A DNA stretch of 32,000 nt from Candidatus Saccharimonadota bacterium (lineage in GTDB: Bacteria > Patescibacteriota > Gracilibacteria > Absconditabacterales > Absconditicoccaceae). Position 1 is the first letter of the stretch. Every line of letters starts with the position of its first letter. The notes under the pieces are model-generated. The model saw only the letters and a list, made by a program, of their open reading frames with translations. It was not told the DNA's origin and ran no database searches. The stretch lies in assembly GCA_000503875.1 (NCBI GenBank), contig CP006913.1, forward strand, positions 600,001 through 632,000, read 5' to 3'. Positions 1 through 9,456 of the stretch are shown piece by piece. The position numbers were made by a program, and so were the translations under genes.

Positions 1-2933
1 TCTACACAATAGACAAAGTACTTCCCTCTATCACAGGCACAACAAGCTCTTCAAACAACGCTACAAATTCAGGATATGCAAAAACGAATGACATCATAAC
101 AATCTGATTTTCAAGCACGAGACCACTTGCAACACTACCTACCCTTACTATTTCTGGAGGTAGTTTAACAACAGGTATTGTAACTGATCTTGGAGGGAAC
201 AACTACTCTGGTACCTATATAGCAAAAGTAACAGATATCCAGGGACAAATGAAATTTATCGTAAATATGCAAGACACCTTAGGTAACACAGGAACAGCAA
301 TCATAAATAGCGTTATTCTCGATAGAACAGCTCCTGCTGGTATAGCATTTACTTCACCAGCTGCAGGTGCCTTTTGGACATCAGGACGAAATTATGATAT
401 CAGACGAACAACAGGTACGGAAACTAATTTTTGACCAACAAGCATCAAGATAACCTATTCAATCAATGGATTTAGTGGAAGTTCTACATTAGAAAATGGA
501 ACAGGAAATAGTGGAACCTATACACGAAATAATTTCAATCTTACAGATAATTTCCAAACAAGAATTTTTGCAACAGATCTTGCAGGAAATCAAACAATAA
601 TAACAAGTAGTGTAGTACAGATCGATAATATATCGCCTATTGCTGCAACATTTATTGCACCTACAGGTGGCGAATATTTCAAAGGAGGAAGTGGTTATCT
701 TATCACATGGACAGGAGGATATGATGAAAATGTTGCATCAATAACATTGGAATATACAACAAACAATCGAGTATCTTCTGGTCTTATTTCAAATACAATA
801 CCAACAAGTAGCACTTCTTATCTACGAACAGCACCAGCACTCAATTCCAATACCATAAAATTACGTGTTACTTATAGAGATTATGCATGACTACAAGGAA
901 TCAAACAAACCCCGACGGTATTCACTATTGACTCTACAAAACCAAATATAACCAATATAATGTCAGGAAGAATTTATACAGGAACCATCACTCCAACCAT
1001 TGTAGAAGTTAACTATTCTGGTAGCATATTAACAAGTTCGACAGGAACAACGAGATATACAACAACTGGATATTCTATTACACAAAATGGACGATATGAT
1101 TTATTTATCGAAGATAAAGCGGGTAATTTTACAGGACGTATATTTGCGATAGATACCATTGCTCCAACCGTACAAATAGATACAGGAACCATCTATAAAA
1201 ACACAGGATTTACCCTAACAGCAACAGGTATTGACGCCACTGCTGGTATTTCTTGATATCAACGAACAAAATTCAGTGGAACAGGAACTCTCACTTTCGG
1301 ATCTGGGACTTCTAATACAACATCAATTACAGCAAGTACAGGAGGAACCTACATTATTCAAGTTAAAGCAATAGATAAAGCAAATTTAAGTTGATTTGCA
1401 ACGTTTACGCTAATTCGAGATAACCAAGCACCTACACTTTGAAGTTGAACAGTTACAACAGGAAACAAAATAGCTACATTTACTTTTTTCTCCAACAAAA
1501 CAGGCACAGTTATCTATAGTGGAAGCTGTGGAAATGGAACAACAACATCAATAACAAATAGCTGAGCTACTACAATATCCTGGACTTTAACAAACAATAC
1601 GTATAGTAATTGTAACATCAAAGTTACTGATAGTTTTGGAAATTATAGTCGAATAGCTGTTCCTAGCTTTACTATCAATTATACAGCTCCAAGTTGATGA
1701 GGTGGTTGATGAGGTTGAGGAGGAGGATGAACAACAATACCAACATGTACTCTTTCAAATCTTGTTTGTGAAAATTGAAAATACACCAAAAAATCTGGAG
1801 TTTCTTGTCAATGAGGCGATCTTTGATATTCTTGTTCAGAAACAAGTAGTGGTACATCTACAGGGACAACATTAGAGTTTTCTGACAGTATTTTATCAAC
1901 AGCTTCAGCAGAAACTATTGCAGCAACATTAGTCGGAATTCAATGAGTTGCTGAACTTAAAAAAGCTTATATTTATGGAAAATATTTAGGATTAACAAGT
2001 GCAGCAACCTTTGAACAAGCAAATATGAATTGAATAATTACAAGATCTAGTCTTGCAAAAATGATGAGTATCTTTGCACTTAAAATTCTCAAAAGACAAC
2101 CAGACACGAGTAAAAAATGTGAATTTAATGATATCTCAAATGAAACAGAAGAGACACAATCATATATCAAACTTGCCTGTCAATTAGGAATTATGGGAAT
2201 AGATAAAAATGGTAATGCATTAGCGTCATTCTTTGGAGCTAAAACTATTAATAGAGCTACTTTCGGTACAACACTTTCTAGAACACTTTGGGGAAGTAAA
2301 AACAATAGTAATGATACAAATTGGTATTGAAAACATCTCGAAGCACTCCAAAAAAATGGAATTATGAAACAAGTAAATAAACCAGAGAATCGAGAGTTAA
2401 AAGGATATATTATGCTAATGATGTATAGAACAGATCTTCAATTAATAAGCAAAGTAACAATCCCAGTAACAACTATAAATGTCATTTCCACTTTGCCAGT
2501 TACAACAGAAACCCAATCAAATAATACACAAGAACCAACAACAACCAATTCTGAACCAACACCACAAACAACTCAAACAACTACGACAACACCTTTAGAC
2601 ATTAGTTCGACGACAAATACACAATCAATAACACGAACGGACACTGAACAAACATTTATCAATAAAATTAACAAGAATTATCAATTCACTATCGGATTCA
2701 AAAAAGATGCCAGCGATGTAAGTATCAAATACTTGCAATACTTCCTAAAATCCAAAGGATTTTACCAAGGAATCATCAATGGGACCAACACGGAATCTAC
2801 GATAAAAGCCTTATTCGAGTGGCAGAAAGCAAACAACGTACTTACCGATGCCACAGACCCAGCTGCCTGATACCTTGGTCCCAAAACCAGAGATGCTATC
2901 AATCCTGTTCTCAAAATACTTTTAAACCAATAA
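1..2933 (+). CDS. Giant cell-surface protein, C-terminal ~976 aa (5' end lies outside the window). It has Ig-like repeat modules, a Gly12 hinge, SLH-like repeats, a Thr/Pro/Gln linker and a C-terminal PG_binding_1-like domain.
   Basis: One frame (codons starting at 3, 6, ...) is open from the window edge to TAA 2931-2933 when TGA is read as Gly. ORF-track pieces 249..434, 960..1256, 2061..2330 and 2364..2870 all lie in this frame, and I saw no TAA or TAG between them. There are repeated beta-rich modules ending in 'LDRTAP', 'IDNISP', 'IDSTKP' and 'IDTIAP'. The Gly12 run is at 1695-1730. SLH-like segments lie at about 1880-2430 ('FNDISNETEETQSYIKLACQLGIMGIDKNGN..INRATFGTTLSR'). A T/P/Q-rich linker lies at about 2490-2625. 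The C terminus reads 'YLQYFLKSKGFYQGIINGTNTESTIKALFEWQKANNV..GYLGPKTRDAI'. Confidence 0.8.
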
Positions 2934-2940
2934 ACAAAAG

Positions 2941-3393
2941 ATGAAAACAATCAAAAAACTCATTATTCCTTTTCTCCTCCTAGCAATATTGATAACAGGA
3001 TTAATCATTTATACAAAGAATCTGAATCCAAAACAACCAGAAATCTGTATCAATAATCTTTGTTTTTCTATCGAAATAGCAGATACTCCAGAAGAAAGAC
3101 AATTAGGCTTGATGTACCGTAAACAGTTACCAGAATTAGCTGGTATGCTCTTTGTTTTTCAACAATCAGGACAATATAATTTTTGGATGAAAAATACCTT
3201 AATTCCCCTAGACATGATCTGGATAAATCAAGACCAAAAAATCATAGATATCCAGCAAGCAACGCCTTGTACCGCAGATCCCTGTCCTACCTATAATCCA
3301 CAATGAACATCTTCCTATGTCTTAGAACTCAACAGCTGAATAAGTGAGAAATATGGGATTAAAATTGGAGATATCGTAGAAATCAATCAATAA
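2941..3393 (+). CDS. DUF192 (COG1430) family protein with an N-terminal membrane anchor or signal sequence
   Basis: Starts at ATG 2941, has in-frame TGA at 3304 and 3337, and ends at TAA 3391-3393. The N terminus is 'LIIPFLLLAILITGLIIY'. The motifs 'RQLGLMYRKQLPELAGMLFVF..FWMKNTLIPLDMIWI' and 'YVLELNSG..GIKIGDIV' match my memory of the family. Confidence 0.75.
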
Positions 3394-3826
3394 AAAAAAG
3401 CGCTTCAGTATTACGAAGCGCTTTTAAAAATCATTTCATTTTAATATTGAAAATGAGTTCCTTATCAAGAATAGGTTTAAACTCCTCTCCTGCCTCGAAC
3501 ATATCTTCATCGCCATTACGACAATACCAATTAACTGTCGAATTTTCTGGTAATAATTCCAAAATTTCAAGTATCATCTTCGATGACGAAGAATTGAAAT
3601 AAACAAACTCGAAATGAAAAGTAACAGTCTGATTTGGAATAGTTTCAAAATACTCTTTCAAACGACTAATTATAGGCTGATAAAATGCCTTTGCGTCTTC
3701 AGGCATAGAATGCCCTCCCATATTAAAAACTTTTGCTAAGAAATCAAATCTAACCCAAGGAGTATCCGGCCTATTACCAGAAGTATCTGATTTCTCTTCA
3801 ATAATAAATAAGGTATCTGTCTCCAT
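3359..3826 (-). CDS. DUF1987 / SiaC-like small regulatory protein, paralog 1. The conserved domain ends at 3434. An in-frame TGA at 3431-3433 is followed by a 23-codon tail ending at TAA 3359-3361 under code 25.
   Basis: Starts at ATG 3826. Motifs are 'TPWVRFDF..GGHSMPEDAKAFYQPIISRLKEYF' and 'FVYFNSSSSKMILEILELL..VNWYC..GDEDM'. The paralog at 3958..4326 ends at the equivalent residue with TAA. Confidence 0.75.
3397..3424. terminator. Bidirectional rho-independent terminator between convergent genes
   Basis: The 10-nt arms 'aaagcgcttc' and 'gaagcgcttt' (8-nt loop) are flanked by an A-run on the left and a T-run on the right. Confidence 0.6.
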
Positions 3827-3874
3827 AACAAATATATTTTTAGGTTTTTAGTTTCCTTTTTGTTTTATACCACT

Positions 3875-3902
3875 ACCATAATCTTTTCCTTGGAAAAGTC
3901 AA
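3875..3902 (-). promoter_or_regulatory. Promoter of DUF1987 paralog 1, with a perfect 16-bp palindrome in the spacer
   Basis: On the minus strand, TTGACT (3902-3897), a 16-nt spacer, then TATGGT (3880-3875). The palindrome 'cttttccttggaaaag' lies at 3883-3898. Confidence 0.5.
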
Positions 3903-3917
3903 TTATTGATTTTTTTT

Positions 3918-3947
3918 AAAAAAACCACTCATAATTAATGAGGGTTT
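3918..3947 (-). terminator. Terminator of DUF1987 paralog 2
   Basis: The minus strand reads 'aaaccctcattaattatgagtggttttttt', an imperfect stem followed by a T-run, directly after the TAA at 3958-3960. Confidence 0.45.
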
Positions 3948-3957
3948 AAACAGATAG

Positions 3958-4326
3958 TTAAACTAATTCAATAAAATTAAATTTTATTTTGTTTTTAGTC
4001 ATTTCAGAATAATCAACACCTGCGTCCAACATATCATTATCATCCTCATAATAATACCAATTAATCTGACTATTTTCTTTCGGTAATAAATCAAATATTT
4101 CCAATAATTCTTTAGCAGAAGCCGTATTAAAATAGTCTAGTTTCATTTCAAATACTGTATTTTTTGCGGGATTTTCTAAATAGTTTTTCAGATCTTCAAG
4201 TATCGGATCATAAAATTTTTTTGGATCTTCAGGTAATGATCTACCTTTTATAACGAAGACACCCGTTTGAAAGTTAAAATCAATTAATGGCGTCCTTTCG
4301 CCTTCTTCTATTCTTATTTTTTCCAT
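3958..4326 (-). CDS. DUF1987 / SiaC-like small regulatory protein, paralog 2
   Basis: An intact 122-aa ORF from ATG to TAA. Motifs are 'TPLIDFNFQTGVFVIKGRSLPEDPKKFYDPILEDLKNYL' and 'LDYFNTASAKELLEIFDLL..INWYYYEDDNDM'. Confidence 0.85.
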   Translation of the reverse strand: MEKIRIEEGERTPLIDFNFQTGVFVIKGRSLPEDPKKFYDPILEDLKNYLENPAKNTVFEMKLDYFNTASAKELLEIFDLLPKENSQINWYYYEDDNDMLDAGVDYSEMTKNKIKFNFIELV

Positions 4327-4395
4327 AATTTTAAAATTTTTTAGTTTTTTTATTTTAAATTTTATATTTTAGTTTTGTATTTTATATTTTTACTG

Positions 4396-4423
4396 ACTAT
4401 ATACTTTAGCAAGAAAAAGTCAA
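4396..4423 (-). promoter_or_regulatory. Promoter of DUF1987 paralog 2
   Basis: On the minus strand, TTGACT (4423-4418), a 16-nt spacer, then TATAGT (4401-4396). Confidence 0.5.
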
Positions 4424-4447
4424 CCATACCTCAAACCTCGTTTTTAT

Positions 4448-4475
4448 TTGACAATTAACTTCAAATACGTATAAT
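4448..4475 (+). promoter_or_regulatory. Sigma70-type promoter of the 4510 gene
   Basis: TTGACA (4448-4453), a 16-nt spacer, then TATAAT (4470-4475). Confidence 0.6.
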
Positions 4476-4509
4476 AATAACGTAAAAGTTTATTTTCTAA
4501 ACTTTTCTC

Positions 4510-5157
4510 ATGAAAAACAAACTCAAATCAGCTATATACAAAGCAGGAATAGGAGCAAGCGTGCTTGCGGGTTTTTTGTTAACAAGTAAAGATGCTTTGG
4601 CTCAAAATATAGCAAGTAATCAGAAGAATAAACCTCAAATAGCGAATTCCAATATAAATACACTCAAAGTAGATCCTTTCGATCGAGTAAAATGATATGT
4701 AAACACTTCAGATCCTGTGGAAGTTGCTCACTATGACCTTCTTCTCAAAACCGAAAAGACACAAAAAGAATCACATATTTTAGGACTAAAAGTCGCTCTT
4801 CTCGCGCTTTACAACGATACAACAATTCCTCCACAAGATAAAAAAGCATTAGCTTTAATTATTTTTGAACAATGAGTAAATTTATCTCCAGGAACAAAAA
4901 ACAGAGAATTTTACGCAGAAAAATATATGCAAAGGTTAGAAAATGATCAAAACTTTTTTGATCTTTGTGTGAAATTTGGAGAAATGCAGTGAAATCTAAT
5001 GGCTGAAATAGCTAATTCAGAATCAATTAAAATATATAAAGAATGAGAACAAATAAGAAAAGAATGAGAACAAATAAGAAAAGAATGAGAACAAATAAGA
5101 AAAGAAATCGCTCTCCTTGAACAAATTTTAGATGCATTTCAAAAAGCCAACAAATAA
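4510..5157 (+). CDS. Secreted hypothetical protein (215 aa) with a C-terminal (EGEQIRK)x3 repeat
   Basis: Starts at ATG 4510 and ends at TAA 5155-5157. It has 6 in-frame TGA and I checked every codon. It has a signal peptide, 'MKNKLKSAIYKAGIGASVLAGFLLTSKDALAQ'. Confidence 0.7.
5041..5103 (+). repeat. Three perfect tandem copies of a 21-bp unit inside the CDS
   Basis: The unit 'gaatgagaacaaataagaaaa' occurs at 5041-5061, 5062-5082 and 5083-5103. Each unit carries one TGA. Confidence 0.9.
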
Positions 5158-5167
5158 TATCATTTTT

Positions 5168-5196
5168 TTGACAAAACAACATAAAAAAGATATAAT
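5168..5196 (+). promoter_or_regulatory. Perfect consensus sigma70 promoter
   Basis: TTGACA (5168-5173), a 17-nt spacer, then TATAAT (5191-5196), 30 nt upstream of ATG 5226. Confidence 0.7.
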
Positions 5197-5225
5197 TTGT
5201 ATGAATTATATCTTTTTTTATACTT

Positions 5226-7481
5226 ATGCCTCCAGAAACAGAAAAACCAATACTACCTCCAGTCGATTCTCAAGAAAAAGTTAGAGAATGACAACAAAAT
5301 AAAGAAGAAAAAACTTCTGATATTTTTGCCGTACAAAAAGAAAGTATTCTCAAAAATCCAGAATTTCAAGGATTAGAAAAAGAAACAGAAAACACAATAA
5401 ACAAAATACTTACTGATTACCAAAATACAAACAGCACCGAAGAAGAAAAAACAAAAAACCAAGAAATAATGAAATTTTTAAATATCGATAATAATCTAGA
5501 AAAAGTATTTAAAGAATACTCAGAAAATATTTTCAAAGGGAAAACCCTTATTACAAAAAAAATGAGTTTAAAAAGAGAGACTTGAATAATTAAGGATATA
5601 ATAGAAAAAAATTATAAAAAAGATACTCAAGAACAAAATCAAGAATGAATCCAACAAAATCAAGAATGAATCCAAGAAAATCAAAAGGATTTAGAAAAAA
5701 GAAAAGAATTATTTAAAAATATAAAACCTGAATATGAAAATCTTCAAAAGAAAAACCCTATTTCAATAGATAAAAATTCTCCAGAATATAAAAAGCTACA
5801 AGATAATAAAGAACTAAAAGAAAGTTTTGGTAGTAAATTTGAAGACTTCATTACCTACCAATACGTAGCAAGCAAAATAGCAGAGGAAGTACAAAAAGAT
5901 CCTGAGAAAAAGATCTCCAAGGAAAATTTCGATTTCATCCAAAGCTTCAATGCTATTGCCAAAGAATATGGACAAAAAGAAATAGATACCAAATGACGAA
6001 TTCCTGAAGAAACATTAACAAGATCTATTTCTGACTTTACCAATCATCCAAACACTTCTGCGGTTTTAGAAAAAAATGAAAAAGTTGCCAATTATATCAG
6101 CGAAACCCAAGATACCATCAAAATACCTAATGAAAAATTTATAGAAACCGATAGTATCCAGAAACAAACATTGAAGTTTTATCAAAAAGATATCCAAAAA
6201 GATATAAACAAAAAATATGCAAACACCTATGAGAAGCTTTTTGATAAGCAAGGAAATAAGGTCGAAGAAGAACGAAAAAAGTTAAACCAAGAAGATCAAA
6301 AAGATATCCAAACAATAATAAAAAAATATACAGAAAAAATGACTTCAGAATTAAATACATCTCTACAAAAGTTAGTAGCAAGCAAGACTATTGCATGATG
6401 TACAAACGAATTTGTAAGATATTTCAATTTCAATAAACAAGAAAACAACTACGGAGATATAGGATTAAATACCGACAAAATCAATATTGAGAACAACACA
6501 TTACAAACGACTATGAATTTCAATGGATCAAAAACAACGTTCGATTACAATCTCAATAATGGAAGTATAAAATACTCAGATTTTTTACATATTGATGAAA
6601 AAACAGTAAATTTAGGAACCAATAAGTTTACAGACTTTCCTATCAATTTTCCAAGCATTCATGATATACAAGATCAAGCATTTCAAAAGATAATCAATTC
6701 AGAAAATATCAGCAAAGATTTAAACGAAAGTAATAGTTTAGAAGATTTTTATCAAAGATACTCAGATACTATAGGAAACGTAGATATCAAAAATCAAGAA
6801 TCTCCTTATATCAAAATTGTAATAGAACGCACACTTCAAAAAAACAAAGTACTTGAAAAAGCAAATAAATTTATCACAACATTTAATAAATCAAAAGCTA
6901 ATTATGATAGCATCGAAGATAAACAAATAGTAGATCTCTATAAAATACTAGATACAAGCTTAGATAGTTATTCTATTAATGAAATTAAAAACTTTGACAA
7001 TAATTTAGATAGGCTACAAAAAGAAATAGCCCAAACACAACAACCAAACAATCCAAACACAGATCCTGTTCTAAATACACTCTTTAATCCAGAGAAACAA
7101 GAAAAAGATCAGAAAGAATCATACAAAACAGAAAAAGAAGTAGCGGTATGACCAAGTATGACAGAATTTTTTAGAGCCATTGCAGAACCAAATAGTGACG
7201 ATCATATAATAGATAATCATCTTTTTAGCAGAATCTTAGATAAACGGGAAAAGAACGAATCAGTTAATATAAGTAAAGAATCAAATACAAAAGATAAAAA
7301 TAATAAAGAAAATGAAAGTAAAATATTAAGTATCGAGAATAATTCATATATAGATCTTTTGGCTAGATGTACAAAAATCCAAGATAAGCCATCAATCGCA
7401 GAGTTAGATAATGATGCTTTACGAGAAAACCCTCACCCTTCTCAGATTCAACAAATAACTCCAAATCAAAACATTTCTTAA
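5226..7481 (+). CDS. Large K/E/Q/N-rich low-complexity hypothetical protein (751 aa) with no signal peptide
   Basis: Starts at ATG 5226 and ends at TAA 7479-7481. ORF-track pieces 6171..6398, 6513..7151 and 7158..7481 share its frame. I translated 5226-6170 codon by codon and only TGA interrupts it. It contains a short repeat, 'QNQEGIQQNQEGIQENQ' (about 5636-5680). Confidence 0.7.
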
Positions 7482-7502
7482 ATCAATTTGTCAAAAAAAC
7501 AT

Positions 7503-7531
7503 TTGACTTATGATTTCAATTTGGTTATAAT
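7503..7531 (+). promoter_or_regulatory. Sigma70-type promoter of the 7559 gene
   Basis: TTGACT (7503-7508), a 17-nt spacer, then TATAAT (7526-7531). Confidence 0.6.
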
Positions 7532-7558
7532 TAGCAAATTTAATTCTCATCAATAAAT

Positions 7559-7906
7559 ATGAGACTAATTATACCACAAAGCATAGAGAAAAAGGCGAAT
7601 GAAATTGGATTATCTTTTGATGATCTCTATAATTTTATCAAAGATAATCGAGAACGAAATTTTGAAAAACTATGTGCACCATTACCAAACACGATAGCTT
7701 ACAAATGATACATAGATAAGGCCAAAAGATTAGTGTTATTCTTCGTAACCAATCAATGAGTACTCTATCCCGTATATATTTGAGATAAACATGATAAAAT
7801 AGCCAAGAATATAACTGTAGAAATTATCAGGAAAGAAGCCGAACATTGGCACAAAAAAGTAGAAACAGATTTTCATCAAAGAAAAATCAAAATCAGACAT
7901 TTTTAA
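7559..7906 (+). CDS. Hypothetical 115-aa protein, possibly a RelE/HigB-like toxin partner
   Basis: Starts at ATG 7559 and ends at TAA 7904-7906, with 3 in-frame TGA. The segment 'RLVLFFVTNQGVLYPVYIGDKHDKIAKNITVEIIRKEAEHW' loosely recalls the Gp49/HigB core. This call is weak. Confidence 0.55.
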
Positions 7907-7925
7907 CTTGATTCTAATTATTTTT

Positions 7926-7955
7926 TTGCTATACTTTGTATAGCATTTATATAAT
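7926..7955 (+). promoter_or_regulatory. Promoter of the RHH gene with an operator-like inverted repeat
   Basis: TTGCTA (7926-7931), an 18-nt spacer, then TATAAT (7950-7955). The perfect 7-3-7 inverted repeat 'gctatactttgtatagc' lies at 7928-7944. Confidence 0.5.
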
Positions 7956-7964
7956 ACAACAAAG

Positions 7965-8255
7965 ATGAGCACAACAACCCAACTCAATCTTAGGGTTCCA
8001 ACAGATATCAAAACCAAAGCTCAAGATAAGGCAGAAAAAATCTGAACTAATCTAAATTTTCTAATAAAAATATTTTTATCAAAATTTGTAGTGGAAGATG
8101 ATCTTGTAATAATTAAACAAGACATACATATGGATAAAGTTTTTGATAAATGAACAAAACAATATCTCTCATCTTGAGCTGCAAAGAAACGTACAAAAAA
8201 AATAAATTCTTACTTAGAGGATATTATAAAAGATGAAAAGAAATATATAAAATAA
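7965..8255 (+). CDS. Ribbon-helix-helix protein, DinJ/RelB-antitoxin-like (96 aa)
   Basis: Starts at ATG 7965 and ends at TAA 8253-8255, with 3 in-frame TGA. I checked every codon. 'LNLRVPTDIKTKAQDKAEKIGTNLNFLIKIFLSKFV' fits the DinJ/RelB N-terminal pattern. Confidence 0.65.
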
Positions 8256-8266
8256 ACCATTTACAC

Positions 8267-8287
8267 TAATTTTACTTCGTAAAATTA
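8267..8287 (+). promoter_or_regulatory. Perfect 9-3-9 palindrome ending 3 nt before the start codon of the acetate-kinase paralog
   Basis: The sequence is 'taattttac ttc gtaaaatta'. The ATG is at 8291. Confidence 0.45.
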
Positions 8288-8290
8288 CCT

Positions 8291-9310
8291 ATGCTCCTTA
8301 CCCTCAACTGCTGAAGTTCCTCGATAAAATATGCTATCTTTGATGATAAGCTAAATTGTTTAACAAAATGAACACGTGAAAATATCAAAGATCATCAAAA
8401 AGAGCTTCAAAGCATCATCAAAAAACTCAAATTAGACAAAAATAACGAGAAACTCATAATTGCTCATCGTATAGTCCACGGATGACAGATTTTCACCAAA
8501 TCAACGATCATAACTAGCAAAAACATCAAGAAATTGAAATCTCTAAATACATTAGCTCCCCTTCACAATCCTATCCAGACCAAATGCATCAAATTTTGTT
8601 TAAAGCTCTTTCCAAAATCCCAAAATATTGCAGTTTTTGACACTGCTTTTTTCCAATGACTCAAGCCAGAACACTATCTCTATGCGCTCCCAAGCGATCG
8701 ACACAAAACCTATAATATCAGAAAATACGGTTTCCATGGAATATCTCATCACTATCTTATCCAAGAAACTATCAAAAAATTCCATACAAAAAATCTGAAA
8801 ATTATTACTTGTCATCTAGGAAATGGTGCAAGTATCACGGCTTCAAAGAACGGACTACCAATCACGACGTCTATGGGATTTACACCTACGGGAGGTGTGG
8901 TGATGGGAACCAGATGCGGCGATATCGATCCAGCAATTATCCCTTACATGATGCACCAGAAAAAACTTTCGATATCAGACATTACCAAAATTATCACTTC
9001 CCAAAGCGGACTCCTCGCTTTGTCCGGAAAAACCAATGATATGAAAACATTATTAGAGAGACAGAAAAAAGATCCCAAAGCGAAGTTGGCAATCCAGATT
9101 TTTATCAATCGTATCGTAGAATATATCTGATCATACATTGCCCTAATGAACGGCGCGGATGTGATCGTTTTTTCATGAGCTATAGGTTACAGATCTGCAT
9201 TTATTCGCAATCAAATCAAAAAACATTTCACTTATCTCCCAAACATAAAATTTCTCACCCTAGAAACCAACGAAGAACTTATGATGGCCAAAGAAGCACA
9301 AAAAGGATAA
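8291..9310 (+). CDS. Short acetate/propionate-kinase family paralog (339 aa)
   Basis: Starts at ATG 8291 and ends at TAA 9308-9310. It is in frame with ORF 8873..9130, and I translated 8291-8872 and 9131-9310. Motifs are 'LNC(TGA=G)SSSIKY', 'HRIVHGG', 'LAPLHNP', 'VFDTAF', 'YGFHGISH', 'MGTRCGDIDP' and 'ETNEELMMA'. Confidence 0.85.
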
Positions 9311-9318
9311 AAGAAAAA

Positions 9319-9348
9319 ACCACTGATAAATAATCAGCGGTCTTTTTT
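9319..9348. terminator. Bidirectional terminator shared by 8291..9310 (+) and 9457..9642 (-)
   Basis: The stem 'accactga' / 'tcagcggt' has one mismatch. It is preceded by an A-run and followed by 'cttttttat'. Confidence 0.5.
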
Positions 9349-9456
9349 ATATTGTACGTTTAATACAATCTTTTTTCCAAATCTCTATGAGATTACAGAT
9401 ACAATAATAAGTATAATCAGGAGAAAATATTATTACTACCCAATATACTTAAAGAA

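Noticed and set aside
1880-2430. A firm call of canonical SLH domains in the surface protein
   Set aside because: It shows only a loose pattern match (F-D-x..GI-x-G..TR-x-x-F). I keep it as 'SLH-like' in the feature description until a profile search is done.
5041-5103. The tandem repeats here and the three boxes at 11064-11116 as a CRISPR array
   Set aside because: The 21-bp units are contiguous, in frame within a CDS and have no spacers. The 12-bp boxes are too short. No cas genes are present.
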